DNA of 30,727 nt from a virus (IMGVR_UViG_3300038825_000286:1-30727), one strand, 5' to 3'; counted from the first letter of the stretch, positions 10,066 through 17,883 are shown. Numbers and translations: made by a program. Notes: generated from the sequence alone by a model not told the origin.

Positions 10066-10553
10066 AAAAAAACAAGGCTACCCATAACAACATCTAAAGG
10101 CATATCCTTAAACTTGTCTGTGTCATCCTTTGCGGTGTATTCTTCTATTTGGTATCTATCTCCCTTTTGTAGTGTAATAGGTCTGTATAGGACTGCCATA
10201 GCTTTGTGCATCGTGTCCCAATCAGATAGGTAGTTGTCGAGGTCTATGTACTCTCCTAATGTAATGTCATCTAACTTTGGTATAAAACCATACTTAACAC
10301 CTTTTAACGTGAATGTAGGTATTAGTTTAGTCTTTGTGTTAAATATTTCGTTTAGGTCAGATACTATGCTGTTTACATACTGGTATTTGATTCTTGCTAT
10401 ATTCTTTAAATCAAGTTTGCAAAATATCTCCACCATCTTATGGAGCAAGAAACTACTGTTTTGATTTTCTTCTGTATTTAACTTAGTAAACTTCTGATAT
10501 TGTTCTAATGTTATATCAGATAGCTTTTCAGGTATATATATATCAACTTTCAT
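9891..10553 (-). CDS. Putative tail assembly chaperone (gpG-like), 220 aa
   Basis: Start reassigned to ATG 10553 (MKVDIYIP), directly after the promoter motif. Duplicated DITL.(Q/E)Y motif and internal slippery site GTT TTT TTT TGG. Confidence 0.65.
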   Translation of the reverse strand: MKVDIYIPEKLSDITLEQYQKFTKLNTEENQNSSFLLHKMVEIFCKLDLKNIARIKYQYVNSIVSDLNEIFNTKTKLIPTFTLKGVKYGFIPKLDDITLGEYIDLDNYLSDWDTMHKAMAVLYRPITLQKGDRYQIEEYTAKDDTDKFKDMPLDVVMGSLVFFWSLSSELLQITLKYLAKEMGENLTTQQRQLLGESGDGINQSMDWLREMLPNLIPLRN

Positions 10554-10558
10554 ATTAA

Positions 10559-10585
10559 TACAATAAAAAAAACACAAATATGTAT
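10559..10585 (-). promoter_or_regulatory. Putative phage late promoter for the tail operon
   Basis: Minus strand ATACAT-N14-TATTGTA-TTAAT-ATG(10553). Confidence 0.7.
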
Positions 10586-10612
10586 AAAAAGAAAGAGGGC
10601 ATCTCTGCCCTC
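10586..10612 (-). terminator. Rho-independent terminator
   Basis: Minus strand GAGGGCA-GAGA-TGCCCTC followed by TTTCTTTTT. Confidence 0.85.
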
Positions 10613-10646
10613 AATCACGTGTAAACATAATTAACCAAATGAAAAA

Positions 10647-10895
10647 CTAATCCTTATAAAAGTTATTGTACATATATTCGTACAACTCGTTTATTTTTTG
10701 TTCAAGTTCTAATGAACTTTGTTTGTATTCTTCCGTACCTTTCTTTATGTTCTTACCCAATCTAAGGTTTAACCTACAGTTGCATTTTTGTACTCCTCTC
10801 TTAGCAGGTATAACATCTACATAATATCCATTATCCCAGCACCATTGTCTTTGTAGCCAAGGTCTAAAGAAATCATTGTTTAAATCCATATCCAT
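10647..10895 (-). CDS. Hypothetical protein (82 aa)
   Basis: ORF between a host-type promoter and a terminator. Motif WC..NG...KG.E.YKQ...KI.ELY.Y.Y. Confidence 0.7.
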   Translation of the reverse strand: MDMDLNNDFFRPWLQRQWCWDNGYYVDVIPAKRGVQKCNCRLNLRLGKNIKKGTEEYKQSSLELEQKINELYEYMYNNFYKD

Positions 10896-11047
10896 TGTGC
10901 AAGATATACAAATATGTAAATAGCAAAGTACATAGATGTAATTAATAGCATAAAATCAATGGATGCTTTTTTTAAAGCCTTTTTGTTTTGTTCTGTGGTT
11001 ATCTGTTTAACCATTTTGTATTCGTAACTGTTTTTAAATCGTTTCAT
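10880..11047 (-). CDS. Small membrane protein (55 aa, MKRFKNSYEY...), not in ORF track
   Basis: Translated by hand. Basic N-terminus and C-terminal TM helix FMLLITSMYFAIYIFVYLAQWIWI. Confidence 0.7.
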   Translation of the reverse strand: MKRFKNSYEYKMVKQITTEQNKKALKKASIDFMLLITSMYFAIYIFVYLAQWIWI

Positions 11048-11065
11048 ATTTATTGTTTTATGATG

Positions 11066-11096
11066 CTAATATATAAACTTTTTTTTAATAAACAAA
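11066..11096 (-). promoter_or_regulatory. Bacteroidota housekeeping-type promoter (-33/-7)
   Basis: Minus strand TTTG-N19-TATATTAG, against consensus TTTG-N19-21-TAnnTTTG. Confidence 0.7.
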
Positions 11097-12251
11097 ATAC
11101 TGTCCTCTATGTGCATTATCTAACGTGTCTGTTAAAACGTATCTAAATGCATCTATGCAGTCAGGATGTTCGCCTGTTGGTTTAGGTAGTGTGTTACCAT
11201 CTTTGTCTTTTGCCCATACATACCCCTGTAGTTCTCGTTTTAGATTCCTGCTTCTACTTGTAACATATATTTCGTTTTGGTTTATTAGGTTGATTCCAAA
11301 GTTTACACTATCCCTACCTTTTGTACAAGGGTAGATATTATGACCATCCCTTCTAAGCGTTTCTATGGACTTGGGTTCTGCTTGGTCAGCTATTATATTC
11401 TCTTTGATATTATTGTGTCTTAGAAACAAGCTAACATCCCTTAGAACCGTATTTGACTTGTAGAATACTTCATCAGCTATGTAGGCTTCGTTCCATTTGT
11501 ATAATCCTATTATTGTGGTAGGGTCTGTATATCCAAAGTCCATTCCGTATGCCAGTAGTCTTGCTTCGTTTGGTACTGTGTCTATCTCTTTCCAATCAGG
11601 AATACATACACCCTCTAAAGAACCTGTTTCCCCTAATCCGTAAACCCTCCACCAGTTTGCCCAATATGTAGATGTCTTTGCTTTATCTCTTGCTTTCTCT
11701 ATTTCCTTTATTATGGTTTCAGGTAGTGCATCGTTGTCTTTGTAGGTAAGGGTAATATAGTCCGTATCTTGCTTTCCTATTAGTTCCTTATCTACCCAAA
11801 ATAAATTAGATGGGTTGTAGTCTAACCATATAATACCCGATGTTCTAACCGATAATTGTGTGTAAGCATCAAAGGGTACGTTGTTACACTCGTTAATGTA
11901 TAAGTCTGTTCTACGAGCGCCTCTTAGTTTATCAGGCTGGTCTGTCGAGAAAAACTCTATGTAACTTCCGTTTGTAAAAGTGTATTTTAACGTGCTTTTA
12001 TTGTATTGGTCATCCTTGTACCTATTAAGACCTCTTAAAATACCTAAGAAGTCCTTTAAAGCGCCTCTACGAAGGTGTGGTATGCTTTCAGATACTACAC
12101 TAATCTCTTTGCCTTCATTTCTTATGGCATAGTCTATTAGTAAACAAAGTATCGATATTGTCTTAGAAGCACTTGTACCACCCTTAACTATTCTAATCCT
12201 ACTTTGTAGTTTCTTTAACTTATGAAACGCAATGGTTTTCTTTACTCGCAT
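11085..12251 (-). CDS. terL: Terminase large subunit, PBSX family
   Basis: Walker A-like GGTSASKT, Walker B LYINE, DYNP, WRVYGLG, nuclease motifs GMDFG and DCIDAFRY. Confidence 0.95.
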   Translation of the reverse strand: MRVKKTIAFHKLKKLQSRIRIVKGGTSASKTISILCLLIDYAIRNEGKEISVVSESIPHLRRGALKDFLGILRGLNRYKDDQYNKSTLKYTFTNGSYIEFFSTDQPDKLRGARRTDLYINECNNVPFDAYTQLSVRTSGIIWLDYNPSNLFWVDKELIGKQDTDYITLTYKDNDALPETIIKEIEKARDKAKTSTYWANWWRVYGLGETGSLEGVCIPDWKEIDTVPNEARLLAYGMDFGYTDPTTIIGLYKWNEAYIADEVFYKSNTVLRDVSLFLRHNNIKENIIADQAEPKSIETLRRDGHNIYPCTKGRDSVNFGINLINQNEIYVTSRSRNLKRELQGYVWAKDKDGNTLPKPTGEHPDCIDAFRYVLTDTLDNAHRGQYFVY

Positions 12252-12281
12252 AAATAATGCAGAACAAGGTTGTGGTTATCC

Positions 12282-12515
12282 TTAGTCCTCCATAAACAAA
12301 GGTACATCCTCATTAATAGTAATGTCCTTAGTCTCTCTTGGTTTACCTGCGTAATAGTTGTAAAATAACTGGACATATTTAAAGTCTCCTCTTTCTACAC
12401 CTTCCTTTAGTGCTAAAAAAGCTGCATCTTCTAAAGGTGTAAGTTTCTCTATTAGGTTTACTTCTTCTGCCTTAGACTTTCTACCTGCACCGTCTCTTTT
12501 TCCACCGTGTGCCAT
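12282..12515 (-). CDS. terS: Terminase small subunit
   Basis: GG.R.GAGRK N-terminus and GKP.E motif, immediately upstream of terL. Confidence 0.75.
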   Translation of the reverse strand: MAHGGKRDGAGRKSKAEEVNLIEKLTPLEDAAFLALKEGVERGDFKYVQLFYNYYAGKPRETKDITINEDVPLFMED

Positions 12516-12541
12516 CTTGATATAACTTGATTATTCATATA

Positions 12542-12568
12542 TACAATAAAAAAAACTAATCTTTGTTA
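12542..12568 (-). promoter_or_regulatory. Putative phage late promoter for the terminase genes
   Basis: Minus strand TAACAA-N14-TATTGTA. The TAA doubles as the stop codon of the upstream gene. Confidence 0.75.
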
Positions 12569-13411
12569 AATACCACAGTAACCAGAATCACATTCGTTAA
12601 AATCGTCTTCAAACAATTCAGACTGTAAACTCCATTGCTTAATATCTTTAAAAGATAGGTTTTTATCTTTATACCAAACATCTTTAATGTGTTTTATTCT
12701 TTCTTTAGAAGCAAACCAGTCTAACTTATTTTTGTGTTGTTCCCACATCTTTCTAATAAGTAATGGGTTTTTGTGAAAACACCCCACACAATTATTCATC
12801 CAAGCAAACCTAACAGGTTTATCTTTCCAATATTCCTCTATATTGTCTTTATACACATTGTCTGTTATTAAAGGATAAACTGGTTTTTGCCACTCTATTA
12901 AACCCCATTTATTTCTTGTTTTTCTTTTGCCTACTATAGCTTTCATTTCTAAATATCCGTTTGCATTTGTTTTTTCTGTAGTTCTTTTGGCTCTTGACAT
13001 CTCATTGGCTCTAAAGCCTAATCTAAATTCACAAGGTTTATTTATTGTATTTCTCCACCAATCAAACATAGGTTGCATTTTCATTTCTGTTGTACAATAT
13101 CTTCTCAATGGGTCAGGTAAAGTACCAGCACCATCTAAGACCTCATCAAAAGTTTTCCCTGTAACCCAAGTTATCTTTCTGCCTATGTATTGTTCTAAAT
13201 CTAACATAGTGTAGATAATCGTGTCATCTTCGGCAGTTGCGATAAATGGTGCTTGTATTCTATCCTCCACATCTTGCCTTATTTTCTTATCAGGAAATTT
13301 AGATGGCTCGTGTTCTATTCTTACAAGAGCGAAAACATCATAATTGGCAGGATAGTTTGCTGCTATGTAGCTTGACGTTTTACCACCTGAAAGACTATTT
13401 ACTTTTATCAT
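12566..13411 (-). CDS. PAPS-reductase-like / adenine-nucleotide alpha-hydrolase (PP-loop) protein with probable Fe-S cysteines
   Basis: SLSGGKTS PP-loop, RYCTTEMK, LGFRANE..R, NCVGCF and terminal ECDSGYCG. Confidence 0.8.
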   Translation of the reverse strand: MIKVNSLSGGKTSSYIAANYPANYDVFALVRIEHEPSKFPDKKIRQDVEDRIQAPFIATAEDDTIIYTMLDLEQYIGRKITWVTGKTFDEVLDGAGTLPDPLRRYCTTEMKMQPMFDWWRNTINKPCEFRLGFRANEMSRAKRTTEKTNANGYLEMKAIVGKRKTRNKWGLIEWQKPVYPLITDNVYKDNIEEYWKDKPVRFAWMNNCVGCFHKNPLLIRKMWEQHKNKLDWFASKERIKHIKDVWYKDKNLSFKDIKQWSLQSELFEDDFNECDSGYCGI

Positions 13412-13498
13412 TTAGTCTTTGTTAAAAAACAATGCTATAAGTAAAACTACAATAGCTGTTAAATAGAACAAACCCACATACTTCCAAATGTCAAACAT
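13412..13498 (-). CDS. Tiny single-TM protein (28 aa, MFDIWKYVGLFYLTAIVVLLIALFFNKD)
   Basis: Translated by hand. Exactly fills the gap between the SET and PAPS-reductase-like genes. Confidence 0.6.
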   Translation of the reverse strand: MFDIWKYVGLFYLTAIVVLLIALFFNKD

Positions 13499-13790
13499 CA
13501 TACAAAGTGTAATATACAGTTAGTTCTTCGTTTGCCTTTATAGGTCTAATGGTATATAAGGTGCCTATCTTGCCCTTTCTTTGTATAAAGCAGTTAGGAG
13601 TATCACTATGGTTTAAAAAGCCTCCTAAGGGTGTTCTAATTAAGTCGTCTCCGTATAATGCTGTTGGTTCTATCTTACGGTGTGTTATTCCTAAATCGCA
13701 TCCTGCTTCTATTTTTTCAGTAGCAAACACACCAAGACCATCTATCTTGCTTTTCTTTATGGTTAGTTGTTTAGGTAGTGGTCTATACAT
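13491..13790 (-). CDS. Minimal SET-domain protein (putative lysine methyltransferase)
   Basis: G.GVFA, FLNHSDTPN and EELTVYY are the three SET signature motifs. Confidence 0.9.
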   Translation of the reverse strand: MYRPLPKQLTIKKSKIDGLGVFATEKIEAGCDLGITHRKIEPTALYGDDLIRTPLGGFLNHSDTPNCFIQRKGKIGTLYTIRPIKANEELTVYYTLYDV

Positions 13791-14184
13791 TTATCAGTTT
13801 CTTTAGGTTTCTATGTTTTGTGTTTACGTCTCTTAGTTCTAAAAGTGCCTTTGCGTATTTATGTCTGTAGAAATCTCTACCCCTGTACTTTGCATTTTCT
13901 TTTTTAAATGCCTTTTTTACTTTTCGGTCTAATAACTCATAGAGTTCTATATACTTGCTTTCGTGCTGGTCTATCCAATCTCTAAATAGTTTAATACCGT
14001 GTAATACTGTTGCGTGATGTTTGCCTACCGAGTTTCCTATAACTTCTAAAGGGTGCATAGTGTATTCTCTACATAGGTTAAAGTATAATGCTCTTGTGTA
14101 AACCAGTTCAGCCCTTCTTGATGGGTTTGTTAAATCAACTCCTGTTTCTGTTTCTACTATTTCTTTAATCTTATCTATTGTCAT
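13783..14184 (-). CDS. DnaA C-terminal (domain IV)-like helix-turn-helix protein
   Basis: SRRAELVYTR...LEVIG..VGKHHATVLHG resembles the DnaA domain IV signature (R.R..V.AR...SL..IG..F.RDHTTV.HA). No AAA+ domain. Confidence 0.75.
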   Translation of the reverse strand: MTIDKIKEIVETETGVDLTNPSRRAELVYTRALYFNLCREYTMHPLEVIGNSVGKHHATVLHGIKLFRDWIDQHESKYIELYELLDRKVKKAFKKENAKYRGRDFYRHKYAKALLELRDVNTKHRNLKKLINV

Positions 14185-14344
14185 ATTCGTATTCTTTTAT
14201 TGCTTTTAATATTCCTGCACAAGCCTCATAATCTTCCAAGTCCTCGTACATTTTTAATGTTTTATACATTTCTTCCATACCTACACCGTTTTGGAAGTCT
14301 ATTAGTGCAAGTAAGTAAAATTCTCTTATTGTTTCTTTATTCAA
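14171..14344 (-). CDS. Small protein with UVR (UvrB/UvrC)-like motif (57 aa, TTG start), not in ORF track
   Basis: Translated by hand: ...YEDLEDYEACAGILKAI... Fills the gap between neighbours. Confidence 0.6.
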   Translation of the reverse strand: MNKETIREFYLLALIDFQNGVGMEEMYKTLKMYEDLEDYEACAGILKAIKEYEYDNR

Positions 14345-14834
14345 ATTTATTTAGATATATATTTTGTATTTCCCAATTATCTGCACGTAATTTAAATTTG
14401 TTTTTGCCTTTTGTTCTTTCTGTACCTTTAGCATAAAAAACTGCTTTTTTTTTAAAATCTTTTTTTGTAATCCATCCACAGATAGTTAAAATTTTTTCAG
14501 ATACGTTTAAAGAGCAAAATATAAACGCTTCTGCCTTGTGATTTAATTGTGCATCAAACAGATTGTTTACATAATCTTTTTTTGGATAAACACTCCTTGT
14601 CATTGACTTAATATCCGTAAGCATACCTTTATAAATTAAATCATATCCATCGTCATAACCATTTGGTTTAATTAGATTAAATCCTAAATATTGTTTTACA
14701 GTATTTTCAGATATTATGCCTACTAATTGCTCTTTTTGGTTTCCATCGTCATACCCTCTTTGTCCAAAATTATTTTCTTTTACAAGCGTTTTACTGTATT
14801 CAATTATATTATTATCCAATTTTAAATTAATCAT
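14337..14834 (-). CDS. Putative PD-(D/E)XK restriction-like endonuclease
   Basis: G...E, D.GYDL, DIKS pattern plus FIFC and ICGW. Confidence 0.5.
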   Translation of the reverse strand: MINLKLDNNIIEYSKTLVKENNFGQRGYDDGNQKEQLVGIISENTVKQYLGFNLIKPNGYDDGYDLIYKGMLTDIKSMTRSVYPKKDYVNNLFDAQLNHKAEAFIFCSLNVSEKILTICGWITKKDFKKKAVFYAKGTERTKGKNKFKLRADNWEIQNIYLNKFE

Positions 14835-15595
14835 AATATACCTCGCATTACATATTGGTCTAAGTCGTGTTCTTCTACAAAGAAGTAATTGTATAGGTCT
14901 ATGGCTTGTCTGTATTTGTCCTCGCCTCTTGCTATAAAATCTTCACTCGCTTCAAACACACCTATATCGCAACTCCCCTTGTCTATGACTAAGAATGTCA
15001 TTTTATCTACATTAAATAATCTTGTATATAGATATGCCTGTAAGTCGTAACCATATTTATCTGCACTATACCTAAAAGAAGATAAATCACTACTACTTTT
15101 GATGTCGATAATATGACCATCTTTTAATATGTCTGCCTTGCCTCTTACTGCAAAACCATCTAACATTTCTATTGCAGGTACTTCAAACTCTGATTTGTTA
15201 ATTAGTCGTAACGCTTCTTCGTTTCTTAGTAAAGCATCTGTTAGCCTTTCCGCATCCTTCTTTTCTTTTTCTAAATATACTTCTTCGTGTTGACTAAGTG
15301 CCTCTTTGTAAACCTTTGTGTTTTTTGAGGACACATCTACAAAATGTAATTTATCTATTTTGTGTGGCTCCAATACCATCCAATGCAATAGCTTTCCAGC
15401 CCTTAGTGCAGGACTATCGGAATCACTACCGTACTTAATAGTATTTCTGTACGTCTTTGGACTTTTAAGTAATGTTTTTAGACTACTGCTACTTAATGCG
15501 TGTTTGCCTAAGTGTCCGTAGTAAAACTCATCTAATACCATTTGTGTAAGAATCTCATCCTTACCCCAAGCCTCTCCGTTTAATAATGTTATCAT
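14831..15595 (-). CDS. Exonuclease VIII/RecE-like PD-(D/E)XK nuclease (DUF3799-like)
   Basis: LSSS.LK.LLKSP, G.L.H..VLEP, RGKAD, DIKS, YGYDLQA.LY. Confidence 0.85.
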   Translation of the reverse strand: MITLLNGEAWGKDEILTQMVLDEFYYGHLGKHALSSSSLKTLLKSPKTYRNTIKYGSDSDSPALRAGKLLHWMVLEPHKIDKLHFVDVSSKNTKVYKEALSQHEEVYLEKEKKDAERLTDALLRNEEALRLINKSEFEVPAIEMLDGFAVRGKADILKDGHIIDIKSSSDLSSFRYSADKYGYDLQAYLYTRLFNVDKMTFLVIDKGSCDIGVFEASEDFIARGEDKYRQAIDLYNYFFVEEHDLDQYVMRGIL

Positions 15596-15747
15596 ATTCC
15601 AAGTATATCGTTTTCTTCTTCTTGTCTGCGTAGTAGTTCCTTTTCACATCTTGCTCTAAAGGAATCCAACTGGTTTAAATCCTTGCTTAGATTAATCAGT
15701 TCTTGTGTCGTGTAACTTCTGTAAAATAATTCTTCGTAACTATACAT
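15592..15747 (-). CDS. Small hypothetical protein (51 aa, MYSYEELFYR...), not in ORF track
   Basis: Translated by hand. Follows a host-type promoter and is ATGA-coupled to the exonuclease. Confidence 0.7.
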   Translation of the reverse strand: MYSYEELFYRSYTTQELINLSKDLNQLDSFRARCEKELLRRQEEENDILGI

Positions 15748-15761
15748 AATATTGTTTTTAA

Positions 15762-15792
15762 CGAAGATAGTTATTGTTTTTTAATTAACAAA
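15762..15792 (-). promoter_or_regulatory. Bacteroidota housekeeping-type promoter
   Basis: Minus strand TTTG-N19-TATCTTCG. Confidence 0.6.
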
Positions 15793-16011
15793 CTATTTGT
15801 TAAGTTTTTTTATCTTTTGTATGTAAAGCGCAGCATCAAGTAGTTCCATCTGTAATTCATCAAGAAATTTGTAAAACCCATCAGGGTTATCTTCTAAGGT
15901 AGTTCCGTATTCCTTTTGTCCTTTCTCGCTACGCTTGTCCATTATGTATTTAACATCTTCTACTATACCATCGGTCTGCATTTCAAAGTATTTTTTTATA
16001 CTATCGCTCAT
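15793..16011 (-). CDS. Small all-alpha protein, possibly NTP-pyrophosphohydrolase-like
   Basis: RS..G...YGTTL...LQ.ELLDAALY motif common in phages. Confidence 0.5.
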   Translation of the reverse strand: MSDSIKKYFEMQTDGIVEDVKYIMDKRSEKGQKEYGTTLEDNPDGFYKFLDELQMELLDAALYIQKIKKLNK

Positions 16012-16319
16012 AATCCTAATTCTTTTTCTTTTTTTAGTTTTTGTATTTGCTCCTCAAGTTCATCTACCTTCTTTTCGGCTTTCTGCGCTCTTTCTATTGC
16101 TCGTAATTTACTATGCCTATATTCCTCTAAACTTTCATTGTGGTAAAGTTCGTTCGAATATATTTCAGTAATATAGTAGTTTATATCTATAAGGCTACCC
16201 ATTAACTTATCTACTGTATCGGTTGGCTTCTTTTCTTGCCACTCCAAAAAGGTGTTCGCAATAATTTCAAAGTTGGCTAAGTAGTTAATGTGTTTTAAGT
16301 TATGTGTTTTTTTGTTCAT
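16008..16319 (-). CDS. Hypothetical coiled-coil protein
   Basis: ATGA-coupled ORF with KLRAIERA and a heptad C-terminus. Confidence 0.7.
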   Translation of the reverse strand: MNKKTHNLKHINYLANFEIIANTFLEWQEKKPTDTVDKLMGSLIDINYYITEIYSNELYHNESLEEYRHSKLRAIERAQKAEKKVDELEEQIQKLKKEKELGL

Positions 16320-16705
16320 AGTATCTCGGCATCTATTATAGGTAACATTGCCACCTCCTTTTCTATCTTTTGTCTTTCGTTAAAGTTTGTTGTTTTGTTA
16401 TGATATTGTATTTCCCATTTTGGTTTTACAATATTAAGATTAAATCTATAAACTCCGTTAGGTGTAGAATTTATATATATAGGTATATCATAATTGTCTA
16501 TTGCTTTTTCCATCATTGCATCGTACTTTTTCTTTTCTATAAGTAAAGTATCGTAATGCTTACCCCTACATTTTAACTCGATTCTATGTGATGTGTTTGG
16601 CGAGTAGCAGTCCCATCTGCTCATTTGTTTCCTCGCTTTTACTAAATCAGGATAACAGCAATTTAAAAGGTAGTTGAATAAATCTAATTCATCCCAGTTT
16701 TTCAC
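16316..16705 (-). CDS. Putative PD-(D/E)XK nuclease
   Basis: E..LF, WDC, IELKCR, LLIEKKKYD. Confidence 0.65.
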   Translation of the reverse strand: MKNWDELDLFNYLLNCCYPDLVKARKQMSRWDCYSPNTSHRIELKCRGKHYDTLLIEKKKYDAMMEKAIDNYDIPIYINSTPNGVYRFNLNIVKPKWEIQYHNKTTNFNERQKIEKEVAMLPIIDAEIL

Positions 16706-17118
16706 AAATATTCTTTGTAAAGTTTTTCTAACTTATCGTAAACACCCTTTTTAAAACAAGGGCTGCAATTAGTAGGGGAAACATTTTCGTTAAATACCCT
16801 GTTGTATATTTGTAGCATTCTTTGTTGCTCTCCTGAATTTACAGTATTCTTGCGATTCTCAAACTTTTCCTGCAAGTAATTAAATTCATCTTCTTTAAAA
16901 CATTCGGGCTTTTGGTACTTAAACATCTCGTTTAGTTTCTCCTTACGTTCATCACAGCCACAATCGTCTCCCGATAACCATTTAACCGCTTTCTTTATTC
17001 CTGTTGCGGTTGTAATCTTCTCTACTGTATCGCCTAAACCTTCGCTGGACTTAGCGTGTTTTTCTGCCCATTCTTTATAGGCTTTAGTCCTCTTGTCTTT
17101 TGGTGGTAATTCGCTCAT
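16702..17118 (-). CDS. Conserved Cys-motif (putative Zn-binding) protein
   Basis: GLGDTVEKIT..TGIK, DCGC..R...LN and C..C, directly downstream of the sigma gene. Confidence 0.75.
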   Translation of the reverse strand: MSELPPKDKRTKAYKEWAEKHAKSSEGLGDTVEKITTATGIKKAVKWLSGDDCGCDERKEKLNEMFKYQKPECFKEDEFNYLQEKFENRKNTVNSGEQQRMLQIYNRVFNENVSPTNCSPCFKKGVYDKLEKLYKEYL

Positions 17119-17647
17119 AATCTTCGTGTTTATAATCTAAAAAATCTTCTCCAAATATTAGTCTTAGTTCTTCTTTGCATTTTTTAAGAGTATTAAATAT
17201 GCTTACCCAACTTATATTTGTTTCTTCTGCTATTTTTCTTATTGACATATCGGTGTCTCGATACAAAGTAAATAAAGTTCTATCGTACCATCTCCAACCC
17301 TTTATGTGATTGTCTATTAGTTCTCTTATTTTATTATATCCTACTTCTTCATCCATTTGTGAATCGTATGGAATTTGCGTGTAATTTTCTTCATCGTCAA
17401 GTCTAATTTTTTCCACTTTGTTCTTAGCATTAATATACTGTAGAAAAGTAGTCCGAATGGTAAAATACATATAACCACGACTGACAACACCGTTTTCAAT
17501 AATTTTTTCTTCACTTGCATACTTATACAAAACTAAATAAGCCTCCTGTACAATATCTTCTGCATAGTCATACTCCCCAAAGGAATGTACAATGCTTAAC
17601 CACTCTTTATGTCTTTCGGCTACTTTACTTAGCCATTCACTTCCCAT
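17084..17647 (-). CDS. Phage ECF-type sigma-70 factor
   Basis: Region 2 AEDIVQEAYL and region 4 HTH MSIRKIAEETNISWVSIFNTL. Confidence 0.88.
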   Translation of the reverse strand: MGSEWLSKVAERHKEWLSIVHSFGEYDYAEDIVQEAYLVLYKYASEEKIIENGVVSRGYMYFTIRTTFLQYINAKNKVEKIRLDDEENYTQIPYDSQMDEEVGYNKIRELIDNHIKGWRWYDRTLFTLYRDTDMSIRKIAEETNISWVSIFNTLKKCKEELRLIFGEDFLDYKHEDYERITTKRQED

Positions 17648-17883
17648 ACAACATTGATGCTAATTATACCAATTAAACATTGTAAAGTGTATTCAGTTAT
17701 TTGTTTATTGTCCTCTATGAATGTGTCATCATTTACTATAGCACCGACCACAAAACCCTTTAAAGGGCTTATAATTATTTCAGCACCTACTCTAAATCCT
17801 ATTGCAAGAAATACAACACCTATAAAACATAGAGTCATAAATATCGCTACAATAGGACTATTTAAAAATAAATTTGCATCCAT
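17629..17883 (-). CDS. Hypothetical membrane protein
   Basis: N-terminal hydrophobic helix. TAATG-coupled to the helicase. Confidence 0.65.
   Translation of the reverse strand: MDANLFLNSPIVAIFMTLCFIGVVFLAIGFRVGAEIIISPLKGFVVGAIVNDDTFIEDNKQITEYTLQCLIGIISINVVWEVNG

Noticed and set aside
10064-10072. Homopolymer sequencing error or pseudogene explanation for the split chaperone
   Set aside because: Both frames stay open for about 57 codons past the run, and the layout matches a programmed frameshift. Not fully excluded without reads.
10554-10577. Track start extensions (10577; likewise 285, 19636, 22134, 25088)
   Set aside because: They run through promoters or upstream genes. Downstream ATGs (10553, 243, 19624, 22053, 25037) fit better.
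12566-13411. Calling this gene cysH or a complete Dnd/7-deazaguanine system
   Set aside because: No partner genes (dndA/B/D/E, folE, queD/E, dpdA) and no CysH C-terminal motif.
13783-14184. Calling this gene dnaA
   Set aside because: Only a domain IV-like HTH is present, with no AAA+ domain.
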